DNA from: Lingula anatina
Taxonomy: Eukaryota; Animalia; Brachiopoda
DNA length: 64,000 nt
Assembly: GCA_051362555.1 (NCBI GenBank)
Contig: CM120640.1
Location: forward strand, 65,388,788 to 65,452,787
Direction: 5' to 3'
In this document: in pieces, positions 39,726 to 54,830 of the stretch
Numbering within the stretch: position 1 is the first letter of the stretch
Layout: each line of letters starts with the position of its first letter
Translations under genes and position numbers: made by a program
Notes under the pieces: generated by a model
Database searches by the model: none
What the model was told of the DNA's origin: nothing
The model's input: only the letters and a program-made list of their open reading frames with translations

Positions 39726-42387
39726 GTGCATATTTTGAGAACTCTTGTTTATTGCATTTTATAGAGCTTGTCAAGCACAAGACTGGTGGTGGTGTCCAAT
39801 TTTTTTTTATTATTTTTTTTGGGGGGGTGTCCTTACGAATGTGCTTACTCCAGCTGGTGGTACAATATCCAGAGGCGGTATCGCCTCTCTGATCCTCTAG
39901 TTTTCTCTTAAACTCATTCTTGTATTTTTTCTGACGATAACTGAAACCTATGGTATTTGTTCCATAACTCTGGTTCACAACCTCTATTTCCCTCTTTCTC
40001 TCTTGCACCAGTTCAAAGGTGTGTTTGTGCACATGTGTTGGTGTATGTGTGTGTGTGTGTACTCACTTCGTATGACTGACATCTCCCACAGCAAGCATAG
40101 ACTGTGACTTCATCATAACAGTGCAGTTCCTCCCCAGTGTCTGGGTCCTGGTAAGGTTTGTTAATGGTGTAGGTGTATTCTGTCTCTAGGCAGGATAGCA
40201 CATTCCCTGGATTACATCCTATCACCGTCTTCATAGGAACACACAGGACTAACACAGCTACTAGAAGGCAGTGGAAGGAGATCATCCTGGAATGTAGGAT
40301 AGAGATGTTTGGTCCTTGGCTGTTTAGATAACAGAAGGTTGTTTATATTGTGATATCATCTATCAGTATTTTTTTGTTTGTTTGTATGAGTTTAAAAATT
40401 CATAACATGAACGGTTATGCCTGAACCAAAAGATTGATGAACTGCCTAATGAAAACAAATTGCTTGAAAAGAAGACTTATCTGTTCATGGAATTGGTCCA
40501 GATATCAACCTGAATTATGTTGTCATTTGTCTCTGTATATGTTGTTGTTAGTTGTCATTTTGTTTTGTATGCAGTATACTATTTTGCATTTTCGTGTTCC
40601 AGCTTTGTTGTTGTATTCTTCTCTCTCTCCTCCCCATTTTTGATTCAGAAAATTAATAAATGAAACAAAAAAGAAACACACAAAATGAGTGTACTGTCAT
40701 ACAGCCAAAGATACCTGGATTCAGCAATGTTACTGTTCACACTGGGACCTAATGTGGGAAAAGTGGGAAAAGTGACTTCACCTTGTAACCAGGTGAATCC
40801 AAATGACCGTAATGGTGCAAATTTTTGCAAATTTAGTGATGAGCAGTCTGGCTCTATATCTTCTAAGTTAGTCTGGGTATGAACAGATATTAATATAACA
40901 GCCTAGTTTAATGATAATTAAAAATATGATAGATCTGTTTGACTTTGAAATATGGTTGAGTTCTAAAGCAGTAATTAAAAAAAGATCAACTTGGCAGTTT
41001 TTTAGCTTATGGCAGAGTAAAGGCTTGATTTTTGTGGGGTGAAGGTAGTTAATATGACCTTGGTGTAAATTTATAATCTGTTTTTTTTACTTTTTCAAAA
41101 AAAAAAAAAAAATGAAATAAGGCCAATATTAAGTTAAAAGTAAGTAGTATTACTTACCTGTTTCTTGTAAAATTCAGCTAACTTACAGGCTTGGTGCATG
41201 AAAAAGGTTATAGTGTGAAATTTAAATGTCAAACAGAAAAACTATTGCCTTTTGTTGAACCATGAAGAGAAGGCTTCCAGTATGTGACTTCCTGCCCTGG
41301 TAGAAATTGATTCCCTGAAAAATTGATGCAAAAATCAGCCATCTTTTATCTATTGACCAGCCATGGTTTGGTCCAGAGTAGGTGTGGTGGCAGACTATAT
41401 CAGGAGAAAGTTGATAAATTAACAGCTTTCTGAGGGTGGATTGCACAAATAGACTTCAGAGATTAAAGCGATTAGTTTGGCATGTGGGAGACACGTCCAG
41501 AGGCCCTAAGTTTAGTGCTCAGGGTGAGAAGCTTTTAATGAACAGCCATTATACTGGAGCCATAATGTGACAGATATGGGAATTAAGACAAACTGTGATG
41601 AATGGCTAGCTTAGACTTATTCGCTACAGCTTTTTTATCATCAGTGTGCATTGCATGGATTTTGTGAGAAATGAACGTTTCTTTTGATTTTCCCTTGTTT
41701 GTTATTTTCTCTCTCTCTTTTGTATTTAATTTTTTTCTTTCTGCCACAGACATATGCATGCACATACACTCTCTCTCATGCACTTATGCTGGTACACCAA
41801 AAGCACACACACACACACAAACCCTTTTCACTTTAGTATAAACTTTCAATTTATTTGCCTGCCACAATAATCCAGATTAAGATTAGTGAGATCATTTTCC
41901 ACAGTTGATAACATATCCAAAAATACAATTATTAAAGAGATGAGTGGTATTCTTAACCTATTAATACCACCTCTTGTTGGCAATGTTAAGTTTGGTCTAA
42001 CAGTTTGAAGGCTTACTTTGATTGTGATTCAAACAGTGACATTTCCCAAGTGGTATTAGTGTTCACTCCAGTGGTTTATACATAGAACCACCAACAAGGA
42101 TTTGCACATTAGAAAGGGACTTTATTTCAGTGTTAGTATTTGTAGGTGTGGGAGTGTGTTGTTTTTGTGTTATCTTAGACTGTAGAATATAATATTGCAC
42201 TTTAGATGAAAACAAATTAATGGTATGTAATATATAAAAAGACATGCACTTGAACTATGTTATGAAAATATTTTAACTTGCTGATATATAATTTTCAAAT
42301 TGATGTAGTGAGGTTATAATTACCTGATCTGAAATATCTTTGTGACAGAAATGATAGACTGTATATATATATATATATATATATAGA

Positions 42388-42485
<98 letters not shown>

Positions 42486-45400
42486 TTTTTTTTACTTTTA
42501 GAGCTTCCACTCTCATAGGTCAGGTTATGAGGAGGCAGAAATCCCAGCTCTGCTCCAGAAGAGGCACATGGCCCCTGTCAGTAACACCATGGTGGACTCT
42601 GACCCCCTCTCACCAGCTCCTTATGATCCTCAGTATGTACACACAGTGAACTTATTCTAAAATATAAGGTAGTAGGTGAAAGGCTGTGGATATTTGTATA
42701 TAATGTGATGGTGTTTTATTCAGACTACCAACTAACTTAACAGGTTGGGTACAGTGTTTAATGGAATGTATTATGTACTGAATAAACTTATAATGTGCAT
42801 GTACACAGTTTAGCTATCACCTGCATCTGTTGTCGTCATCGGTGTGCACTTTCATTGATAACACAATAAGTAAAAAACCATATAACCTCTATTGTATCTT
42901 TTCTTTTAAAGAATAGTCATTAGTATCTCTGACTTTTATACTTGTCAGATGACTAAACATCTTTTTCCTAGGGCTGGCTTTGTTGTGTTCTATGACTACG
43001 TGTTGGGTTTGGAGCCATCCTTGAAGAGCTGCCGTTTGATAGTGGGTCTGTACAGTACCATGGCAGACATGGAGCCCTCCATCCTGCCCACTGTGTACTG
43101 TGAGCCACCCCAGGGCTCCACCAGCTACATGCAGGCAGCCAGTGTGGCAGTTGTGGGGACAAAGCAGCCAGTGCCTAAGTAAGCAAGCCTTAAAGTCAGA
43201 CACACTGTCATTTTTAATGCCTTGGAATAATTCTATTTTTGTGGCAAATAAATACAGGTCCCATCATTGTAGGACAATCTAGTTTATCTATTCTGTCTCT
43301 TGAATGGCTGCAGTGGATCCTAGATGGCAGCATCATACACTAAACCCATATTGTGAGATGGCAGTACAAAGCAAATTTGAAAATGTCTATTTATTTACAC
43401 TGTTCTCTCTGTATCGAGCCCTTTTAATTTACCTGCCCTTTATATCATCACTGGATTCCAGCTGCCCTCCCAGCCTTGACATGAGTATTGTGGTGGAGAT
43501 GCAGGTCTCGGGAGGCATGGGCTCACATAACGACTCCCGTAAACTGGTGTCCAGAGCCTGGACCAAGGTGGACTTGTTTGATGACAGCATGCGTGTCCAG
43601 AGTGGACGGTGGAAGGTGCCATTCAGAGTTCTTCCTGTGAGACAACATGTTCAGACCAGTGAGCTGAACACTATTCCACAGGTATGGGTATTGTTTGCTG
43701 TTTTTTCAGTGCTTCAAAATTTGGCAGAATTTGCTAGTTTAAAAGGCACAGTATGGGCTGAAGGGTCATATATTTTAATTTATGTTTATGAGGTAGTTTC
43801 AATTTTCACGTAAAAATAGAAAATGTAAAACTACACTATGTACCACAAATAACAAGAAACCAGGGACATATGTCAAGTTTTAACATCTGGAGTGAGCAAA
43901 TGTACATGATGATGAAAAGGAGTTATATTAATATGACATGCTACATGTGTGAATTAACATACTTTTATTATTGTGTGAAAATAGAAATACTCCATGTGTA
44001 AAATGAAAATTAACACCAGAATGTATCCAGGTCTAAGGTTATATTATTTTAACTAATGATGTGTACTATTTCAGTATGGAGTAGCAGAGCTGTACCTAAG
44101 GATAGTGAATGCCAGAGATGCTGCCAGCCAGGCCATGGTCAGTGTCACCACACAGAACAGTTATCTCTACAGATACCCTCCACAGGTAATTTACATGGGG
44201 TGATGCCTTACCTGATCTTGTTTCCTAAGCACAGTTTTAGTCCCTAGTTATTTCATACGCTTACACCTGTACAATGTATTAGTCTGCTGCATACTGTCTC
44301 TTCTTATTTAATTGACCATTGGCAAAAAGAGTTGGAGTTGAGGGTTTTTGTCTTAAACACTTGCTGTTTTTTTATGATTTTCACCTTTAATAGTGAATAT
44401 AGCTAAAACCTTTTATGTCAGTGTGATACACTACTATTTGCTATTATAACCTGAGGGAGATAGAAATATTTTCCCTTTCTGTTTTCATTTTCAGCGTGCC
44501 TCTTACCAAGCTTACCCTGTAGCCTCTAGAACTTCCTCTCAGACCACATTTCTTTCCTTGAATGAGGTATTAACTCTGGTGTCTGCTGTATCATTTAACC
44601 TGTTGTGTCATGGGAGCTTTCTAACCCCTGTTAATAGCAGCAAAGTTATCACCATACGTACTCTGCCATATTGCCTTAATGAAATATTAATTTTCATAAC
44701 CTCTGCAGAACAATTTACTTGTTAGTGCTAACGCTGGTTCATCTAAATTGATGTCCCTATTTGCAAACCTATTTAAAATAAAGATGCAGCATAAGTAAAC
44801 CACCCTTTATGTAGCAAAGAAACTAAATATTTTCAATGTAAGGCATGTTATTATTACTACTGTATGTTTGGTTGCATGGATATTAAGATTTCAATCACAT
44901 ATCCCAGGACCTGTGTTGGCATGGTGGTCATTCGGCTTTAAATTGTTTTAATCAATTGTAAAAAAATTAATATCTTAGTGTAACTTTATTTTTAATAATG
45001 GCACTTAAACAGCATGTTATGCTTTATATTATAGTCTAACAAGCATGTTATATTTTATTTTCTTCCAGGCATCTCGCTTGCACCAGCCTCCCCACTTTGT
45101 CCCTCCTCCCCCCACCCTGTCCCCCCCTCAGTCCCCCTCTGAATCCAGGTACAACCAAACCTCTCCTGAAAACAGGTAGGAGCTGCCTTCTACTGCACTT
45201 CTCTATATCTGAAGTATTTTAGATTTATCACAAATTTTTTTATCACAATTTATCATATATATTTTTTTATGATTAATTATTTTATGAATCATATTAGAAA
45301 TCAATTTATCATATATTTTTTATGATTAATTAGTACCACCAGCGTGTACGCTGGCAGTACTCATGGTTTTAGTCCCGACCCGTCTCGTACAGCTCCGCCG

Positions 45401-48400
45401 GCTCCGCCGGCTCCGCCGGCTCCGCCGGCTCCTGCGGCTCCGCAGGATGACGTGGGATACGAGTCACCGTTACCGCTTCTCCTCCTAGACCGCAAGGACC
45501 TGTGTCCCCATCTCTTGGATTTAGGTCACATATAATCTCAACTTGAACCCCCAGGTTTTTTTGTCTCAGTTGGTGCATTGACCTGGGCGTGACGCTCGTT
45601 GAAATGCACCCTTGTCAAAAATTTTGAAAATTCAATGCTAAATATCTCCCAAACCGATGGAATTATGGGAAAAATTACAACAGATGGCTGACCAAAAGTC
45701 ATATGTGAGGATTTCAAATATGCCCTTGGATTTGACCTTTGACCTTTATTTCAAGGTCAAACAGGCCAAAATTTTCTAAAAATGGGAATTTTTTGCGAGA
45801 AAATTTTTATTTCAGCCGATATTTAGAAACGAAACATATCTTACCTATAATATTATGGGCAGGTGTTACCCTTAGGGTCATCTTTCATTTTCGTGAGTTT
45901 GGGGTCAATCGGTGCATTTTCATGGTAGTAGCGGCCATTAGATGCCGAAACTGAAAATTCTCTCTAATTCTGGAACCGTTAATGCTAGAGACCTCTTGTT
46001 TTTTGCATTTTGTAGAACTTGTCAAGGGCAGCACTGGGGGTGGTGTCCATTTTTTTTGTTTTTGATACGGCTTAGGCATTGCACTAATCAAAAAGTTCAA
46101 CATCCAAAATTCAGTGGTGAAAATAAAATGTGAATTACTCAAAAATTAGCAGAGATAAGCCCTTAGTTACTATTGAACTTGAATAGGAAGTCATATACTG
46201 ATAATCTAACTGTGACCTTGAAATTGACCTTTGACCTACTTTTCACCATGAACTGAACTTTGCAAAAATTATCTCCCTTATATCTCGAAAACTGGCAGAG
46301 ATACACCCATAGTTACTATTGAACCTGAACAGGAAGTCATATACTGGCAATCTAACTGTGACCTTGAAATTAACCTTTGACCTACTTTTTATGATGAACT
46401 ATACTTTGCATGTTTTCTGGCCTCTTTATCTCCAAAATTAGCAAGGAGATACCCATAGTTACTATTTAACTTGAATAGGAAATCATATACCATGAACTGA
46501 CCTTTGCATATTTTCTTGCCCCTCATATCTTCAAAACTAGCAGAGATATGCTCAGTGTTGCCCTTACGTTTTCTCTTTTGTCAGCATATATGCAACACTG
46601 ATAACACATTTCAAGGAAAACCAATAAGCCTATTGTCTAGAAAATCACAGGAGTGATCAATGTTAGGAAAATACAGGCCAATTGGAAAATCCGCTTGATT
46701 GGACCATTTTTATGTTATGTTTTTTCTTTCTTTTTTTTTTTTTTTGCATATTTTGAAAATTCTTGTTTATTGCATAGAGCTTGTCAAGGACAAGACTGGT
46801 TGTGGTGTCCCTTTTTTTTATTTTTTTTTTGGGGGGGGGGTGGTTCCATTCGAATGCGCTTACTCCAGCTGGTGGTACAATATCCGGAGGCGGTATCGCC
46901 TCTCTGATCCTCTAGTTATTTTATGAGTCAAATTAGAAATCAAATTCTGTGTGTGTTTTACATCATTTTAGTCATGCAGATATCAATATCTGAGAGGACA
47001 GTTTGTTTATACTGTGCTTTGAAAATACTTATATGTGTAATTGATATCCACTGGAGTAACCTTTGTTACAGTAACTATAGTCAAAAATAGAACAAGACAG
47101 GTGATATCCAAGAATGTTACCATTTGAACATAACAAATGGGCTTTTGTAAAGTTTTTCTGAACTGATGTGGTGTTAAGGGATGTAGTAGAGAAACAGATA
47201 AAAGCATAGAAACACCACCCTGTTCTCATATGTTGTTTTTAAAAAATAAAACATACTTCCCAAAAGGCCAATGAAATACAGAGATTAAGTGCAGTGTCCA
47301 CCGGATGATGCTGTAATGCCATATTTTGGGGAAAAAATACCATCTTCGGTTTTGGGTTTTCTCTATAACCAAGACATCTATTCAAGTGATTCAAATGGCA
47401 TCATAAAGCTGGGTGAAAGCACTACTGAAGGATGCCAGGGAATTGTCTTAAACTTTTTCCTTCTGATTTTATTGTCTTTTACGTTAAATTACCCCATATT
47501 TCAATGGGTTATTCACTTCAAAAGACAATAACTTTCAAACAAACAGTTTCCTTCAGAATCCCTGATATCTATCTGTAGTCCACATTCTCCACAACAATTA
47601 GTATAATTTTCATAACAACCGGTTGCTTAGTTAGGTAGTTAAACTTGAAACAGATTCACTTATCTGGTCAACCTGGAAAGCTGTTGAAACAGCTGAAACA
47701 TTCACAGGCTGGTTAACAGAACTTATTAGCCAAATTCTTAGCTGAGAAATTTACCTGTTATCGGTTATACAACCAGATGGAACCATTGCTCATTGCCATC
47801 TAGTAATATTTTATTTGGGTGCTATGAAATGCCAGAAAATCATGTTTTTTAAACATTTTCCGATCACATGCTAGACTTGTAAGCATGCCGCCATTTTGAT
47901 TGACAGCTCTGCACAGGGCCCTAGCCTAGTGATGCAGACCAGAGAGTCAAAGCTATGTAGAAGGAAGCACAAACAACGGCGAATTATGACCAACTGTAAT
48001 TAAGAGGTGTGAAGTTGCATTTGAATGTTTCTGTGGGCCTTCCACGCAATCGAGCAACTTTACCTGGGCGCTTCCTTCTCTGTTATCGGCAAATTTTTAT
48101 GTATCTGTTGGGAGAAAGTGTCTGTCACTCGTGTTAATGCGAGTTTTTGGCAAGTAACAATGCAAGATTGTTTTCACGGCATTCGGTCATTGTCAGGTCG
48201 ACATAAAAACCCAGTGATTACTTTAGAGCACCATCTTGCAAAATACCAGCAAAGATAAAAGGAAGACATTCAGGTGCACAAGAATCAGCAGTAAAAGTGG
48301 CTCAGAAGATGTTTTTGGATAAAATGACAGAGTGTTGGTGAGTTTGGAAACCAGGGTTGATCAAAAAAAAAAGGTCAATCTATTCATATCTTTTGAAAAA

Positions 48401-51400
48401 TGAATTAACTGGTTTACTTCACCGCAAACGCTTTTTCAAAATTTTCTTTCTTTACTCAGAAAATGTATCATTAACGCACACTTTTCTCTTCCCCATGGCA
48501 TACTAAACTTATTCACTGCTTAGCTGATGTAAGACTTACGCCGTGTTACTGCACATGTAATTGCCTTATAACTCATTAACTTTGCTAAGTCCCATCATGG
48601 CAATGGCCCTTTTCAACAGAGGTTTGGCTTGGTCATCAGTTTGACTGGGGCGCATGCCGGTTGAAAAACTCATAAAAAGACACATTTTTCTGTGCAAACT
48701 AAAAAAAAAATTACCTCCAATGTTAGATACCTTTTTGATTAATATAAACACATAAAAAACTCAAAAAATTATTTTAAGGCCATTTTACCCTATTACACCC
48801 CTTAAATATGATTTCATTTAGTGTCAGAAATGCTCAATAGGCATAACTTATAGAACTCTCAAGTGCTGCATTTATTTCAGTTTTTTGTTCTTAACAGCAA
48901 AGCTGAAACAAAAGACTGACAGACAAAAATCTCATCTGTTAAAAAGCTATAGAAATGAAAAAAAATTAACAAAAAGAAAATAGAAGATTAAGATATATAG
49001 GAAGAAATTGCAATTCAGATCAGATGAGAATTCAGGATTATTTAAAGGGGGGGTCCATGTTTTTTTTTAAGAATGACAGGCCTCAGATGTGAAGCTGACC
49101 CTTACCCCCTTGGTGTGGGTTTTGGTGTTTTTGAGGGCAAACAGTGCCATTTAGTGCATGTTAGAACTATGATTCAGCTCTTCAAAATTCTAATATCAAG
49201 TGGGAAATATTGGTGTGATTTTTTCCAGAAACCGAAGGGAGGGTCAGAACCTCTCTCTTACTATAATACCTTTCTTCAAGCCATCTTATCACCTTACTGC
49301 ATACACACCACCAAACTTACCTGAGACATCTCTTGTCTACTTTTTTTTTTGTCTTTTTTCGTCTGCTTCCATCATCCCCTTGCTTTTATTCCTTTCTCCT
49401 TCTCACCCCCCCCCCAGCTCAGTCATTCTAAATTACAGTTAAATGGGCATCTGTTTGGTGTAAACATGGCTAACATGCACTGTAAGTTGACATAGTGTAT
49501 ATTAATATTGCTTCTAGCATGATGTCTTTAATAGCGGGTTAGCAGGAAGGTTTTTGTAGCATGCATTTTTTTTTCTTTTTTTATGTACAGACACAGATGT
49601 GTCTGTACATATAGCCGTCATCTGCGTCTGTTGTCGCCGTCGTTGCCGTCGTTGCCGTCGTTGCCGTCGTCGCCGTGCACTTTTACCGATAACACAATAA
49701 GTGGAAAACTGTTTTTTCTTTTTGTTTGAAACTTACAGAACTGATGAATATTCATAATACGCAGGTCGAGTTCGAAAATCAGCATGATCGGGTCACTTAT
49801 ATGGAATTTATGCTGTTTTTTCACCCTTTTCAGTATATATGCAGCACCGATAACACGATAAGTGGAAAACCATTTCACTTTTTGGCTTGAAACTTACAGA
49901 ACTGATGAATATACATAATACGGAAGTCAAGTTCGAAAATCAGCGTGATTGGGTCATTTTTAGTGAATTTAGGCTATTTTTTCTCTTTTTTCAGCATATG
50001 TGCAGCACCGATAACACGATAAGTGGAAAACCATTTTACCTTTTGGCTTGAAACTTACCGAACTGATAAATATTCATAATATGCAGGTCAAGTTCGAAAA
50101 TCAGCACGATCGGGTCACTTATAGGGAATTTATGCTGTTTTTTCACTTTTTTCAGTATATACGCAACACTGATAACACAATATAAGAAAAACAGATTGGC
50201 CAATTGTCATTATACTCACAGGAGGGGCCAATCTTACTTAAATGCAGGTTGAGTTTGAAAATCAGCATAATCAGTCCATTATTTTAGAAGTTATGCTGTT
50301 TTTTCCCATTTCCTCACATTCAATTCTTAGGCATGTTAACAGTCCCATTATTGAACTAATAAGATACCTAAAAGTGTTTGTTTGACATTTCCTGCATCTT
50401 TACAACATTGTTAGTTGATTTTTTAAAAATGATGGTAAACTTGTTATCATGTATTGTGTAATAAAGTGTCAAAAATGGAAATAAACTCATATCATTGCAG
50501 TTTGTCAAATGCATTCATCCACTATGTTCAGAATCTCAGAATGGAGGAAGTTGGACATTTAACACTGTTCTATTGATACTTTTCCCATCTCATCAGTATT
50601 CTTCATTGGTCATATAAAAATGACAGTAAACTGTTTATTTTGTTTTATGTTAAAAAAGTGTTAAAAATGGAAATAAACCCATTTCAGAACAGTGCTGTCT
50701 TGTTTACATTTTGGCATTTTCAATATGTGACTTTGAAGTTCCATGGGCCTGAAGACTTTTGCTTGTCACATTTTCTGAATAACCATGATACTAATATTTT
50801 ATAATTAAAAATTGATGGTCATTATGCTGTAAAACATTATGTAATATTGCATCAAAATTTGAAGAAACCCCTATTTTGGGCACTGCTCCCATGATGACCA
50901 TTTAAGGAAAATCATGTCACTTACTGTTCTCAAACTTACAGGAAAGAAACATGGGACTAAAATACAGCTTCAGTAGGCAATGCAGTCTGTTTGGTAAATT
51001 TTTCTGGCAATTAAACAGTTTTTTGTGAAAATTTAATTTTTCACATATTGGCATTTCCAAGGTGTGACTTAGAACCTCCACGGGCTTGAAGACCCATGCT
51101 AGTCACATTTTGTGAAAATCCATGACACTTATATTTTATTATTAAAAATCGATGGTCATTATGCTGTTAAGCATTATGTAATGTTGCATCAAAATAGAAG
51201 AAAACACAATTTTTGGAGCTGCTGCCTTGATGACCATTATGGGAAAACCGTGTTACTTATGACTGTCAAACTTTCAAAAAAGAAACACAGGACTAAAATG
51301 CAGCCTGAGTTAGAAAAGCAGTCTAATTGGCTTCTTTTTCTGGAAGTTATACATTTTAGTGTAATATTCATTATCTTTTTGGCATATTCATTGTGGGACT

Positions 51401-52135
51401 TGGAGCTCCCATGGACATGAAGCCAAATGGTAATCATATTTTCTACATGTCCATCCTATTTATAGTCAATAAACAAAAATTGGTGATAATTATTCTCTAA
51501 TTTATTATGTAATGTTACATCAAAATTGACAACAATATTTTTGCACTGCTACTGCAAACATTATGAAAAGAAAACTGTGCCACTTATTATAATTTTAAAC
51601 TTACAAGTACGATTTTTAGGATTGGCCTTCAGCTCATGAGAAAACCAGCTCTATTGGATTATCATGTTTATTGTTTTTATGCATTCTTTGTGAAATTTTC
51701 ATTTTTCTCATTCTGGCACTTTCTAAGTATAAACTTGAACTCTGATGGGCCTGGAGCCTTATGCTTTTACTTTCGTCTGTGTTACCTGTTGTGCATAAGT
51801 TGATGTTGACTGTGCAGTTAAACATAATGTATTATTGCATCAGGATTGGTAGTCTCCTATTTTGGTCATTATGGTTTTGTGCTTTTCTTAAGGTGTGACT
51901 TATGGGCCTGAAGACCTTTGAGTGGGTCAGTCTGTAAATTACCCTTGGGTATCACTAGATTAATTTCAGAGTTATAAAGTCATTTGCTTTAATAGGCCAT
52001 TAAATGAGATTACGTAAAGCACACTTGTTGATATTTCCCTGTAAACTCCCAAAGGTGAAGCTCTCTGCTAGATTAATAATAAGGAAGCAGTGATAATTAT
52101 GCAGGTAAATTTTGTTTAATATTGCAAATAAGTTT

Positions 52136-52218
<83 letters not shown>

Positions 52219-54783
52219 AACTGGAAGATTAAAAGTTTGAATAGCATCTTCATTGGAATTATATTTACCTCAAGCTCTGCCAAGGAGGTTATATTTTCAC
52301 CCCTGTTTGTCTGTCATCCACATAACACAAAAAAGTTATGGACCGATTTTGCAGAAATTTTCAGAAACTGTCGGAAGTGGGCCAAAGAGGACAATGATTA
52401 ATTTTTGGTGGTGGTCCGGATCAATAATCAATCAATTATCAATAATAATCAACAATTGCTGCCTTGGCAGAGGCCTGCACTCTCAAAGTGCTTTTCTAGT
52501 TTTGTTGTTTTCCTTTATAATTTTTTCTCAAACACTTGCATTTGTGACTTTTAACTCTCATCTGCCTGGGGCTCTGCACATTTTCTGTATTTCTACATAA
52601 GCAGTTGTATTGTTTTTTATGTCTTTAAACATTATGTAATATTATTTTATGCACTGTCATCATTTTTCAAATATTGAGACTTTCATAATGTGAATTTGAA
52701 CTCTCATGGTCCTGAAACTGTAATCTTATTGAAGGGGTGAATTGAGACCATCTTCTGGGTCTTCCGGAAGACAGTCAGGTTATTAAGTTTATATTGACTG
52801 GTATCTATTTTTTTCTGTTGGAAGACCATCAAAATGGAGGATGGATCAACATAGATACTTTGTAATACTGTCAGAAAATATCTCTGGGTCTGCTCCTGTT
52901 ATTGACCATGTTACCTGTTGTGCAAGATTAAAATTCAGTGTTGACTGACAGTGCTATTATAAGCATTATTTATTATTGCATCAAAATTGACAAAATGACC
53001 TTTTTTGCATCTTTATTTTCTGTTTTTTGTCTGTACATTTGACAGCTTTGCTGCTTTGTTTCTTTTTTTGTTTTGATTTAAGATACGTACGCACACATTC
53101 ACTCATGCATGCATGCACACACATGCTTGTCACAGTGTCTGTTTTCCCCTTGTTTTATATACAGCAATGTCCCTTTTATGTTGTCCTATTCATATAAAGA
53201 TTTTGTTTGTAATGTAGCACATATATTGGTATTTTTGTTTTTGGAAAAATGGTTTTATTTTGTAATAAGTGCAATAGTTTAGGTGGTACAGTTTTTAATA
53301 TTTTATTTATTGATTACATTGTTTTTATTTTGAAGGTATTCATATTGTTTTAAATGTTCAGATAGCATGAACTTTATATAAGTGCTAATGACATTGTGTT
53401 AAAAAAATCTGGATTTTAAGTGATTAGCATGTACAGAAAGATTAGAGTGTTTTAACATACATGTAAACAGTTATTCTTGTGCTCGGATGTTAAATAGTTC
53501 ACCATAGCATTAAAAAAATCTACACATCAGCAAAAATATTATATTATATGACCAGATGTTCTTTGTTTTCTCTGTACCAGAGGTGTGCTGACCCCAGGAG
53601 AGAGTAAGACCCTGGGGTTCCAGGTGGGCCATGTGAAGGGTGCAGATCAAGGTTTGGCCAAGGTGCGACTGGCAGCATATCACATCCACTCTGGGAAAGT
53701 ATGTACATCATGCTGAACCTGTCCCCCTTTTTATGTGACAATGACAGTGACAGCACCTTTATTCTCATAAACAAAACAGAATATGATGCACATTTAATTT
53801 AACCAGGAGATTTGACTCTCTCTATTATGATACGAATATATTTGATAAAGTAATTTCTTATTTTGTATGTTGAGTAATTTGTCAAACTTATAAACATTAG
53901 TGGTAGTGCATGTATGTATTAAACAGTTGTGTGATATTATGACAGGATCCAAGATGGTTTGAATATATGTACAGCTATCACTAATTGCTTGTGTTTCAGA
54001 TTGTCCAGTCTGTCACAGGGCCAGTAACTTGCAGCACCAGTGGTGTAGGAGCTGACTTCAAATACAAGTATCACGTCTTTGGGCAGCAAGAGGCCATATT
54101 CCAAGGAGTAAACATTCAGCCTGATATAGTGATCATTGCTAGAGTGTATCTAAGTAAGAATGATCTCCAGAGAAGGAGGACGGGAGATGATGACGATGAC
54201 TCACATTTTGATGAAAGTACTCTGGTTGCCTGGGGGGCAGTGCCTCTAGTTGTCACCAGTGGCAGGAGGAGTAAGTGGGAAGTAATGGGGAATACTGACA
54301 CATATAGATAGAAGAAATTGACAGTTTTGAAGTAGATTACATTCTGTATGTTTACACTAATCACTGAAATAATTATCAGCTGTGTAAAGAGTGTCTTTAA
54401 CATGTAAGCTTTGGTAAAGCAAGCATTATTTCACACTCATAGGACAGGATCCATATTACATGTATGACTTAAATTTCTAGGTGATATGTATAGCAGTTAT
54501 CATAGAAGTAACATCAACCAGTCCACTGTGAATACTGGCACACACACAGTGCTGCTGTATGAGCCTCCAGTACCAGAGACAGACACTTTCTCCCTGGAGA
54601 TGGGATGGAAGCCCCAGGGAGTTAGGAGGTTCAGACGAGCCACATTACGGCTTAGACTGTTCCATGGTAAACCCCGCCCTGGCTCCCTCACTCCAAGTGA
54701 AGCATCAGACCAAGAAGATGATACTCTGCCTAAGGTATTTGTCAAATGCCTTGTTTATCTTTGTATATCTTTAAATTTATTTT

Positions 54784-54830
<47 letters not shown>

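Larger units (their letters stand above)
49581..53060 (+). mobile_element. Second-family non-autonomous Helentron (HINE) with 161-bp repeats and older ~335-bp repeats
   Basis: 5' palindrome ATGTACAGACACAGATGTGTCTGTACAT and (GTCGTTGCC)n microsatellite. 161-bp units (C(C/T)GATAACAC at 49686, 49847, 50008, 50169). 3' subterminal IR TGTCTGTACAT (53028-53038) with a short hairpin CAGCTTTGCTG. A fragment of the family is at ~42800-42880. Confidence 0.7.
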
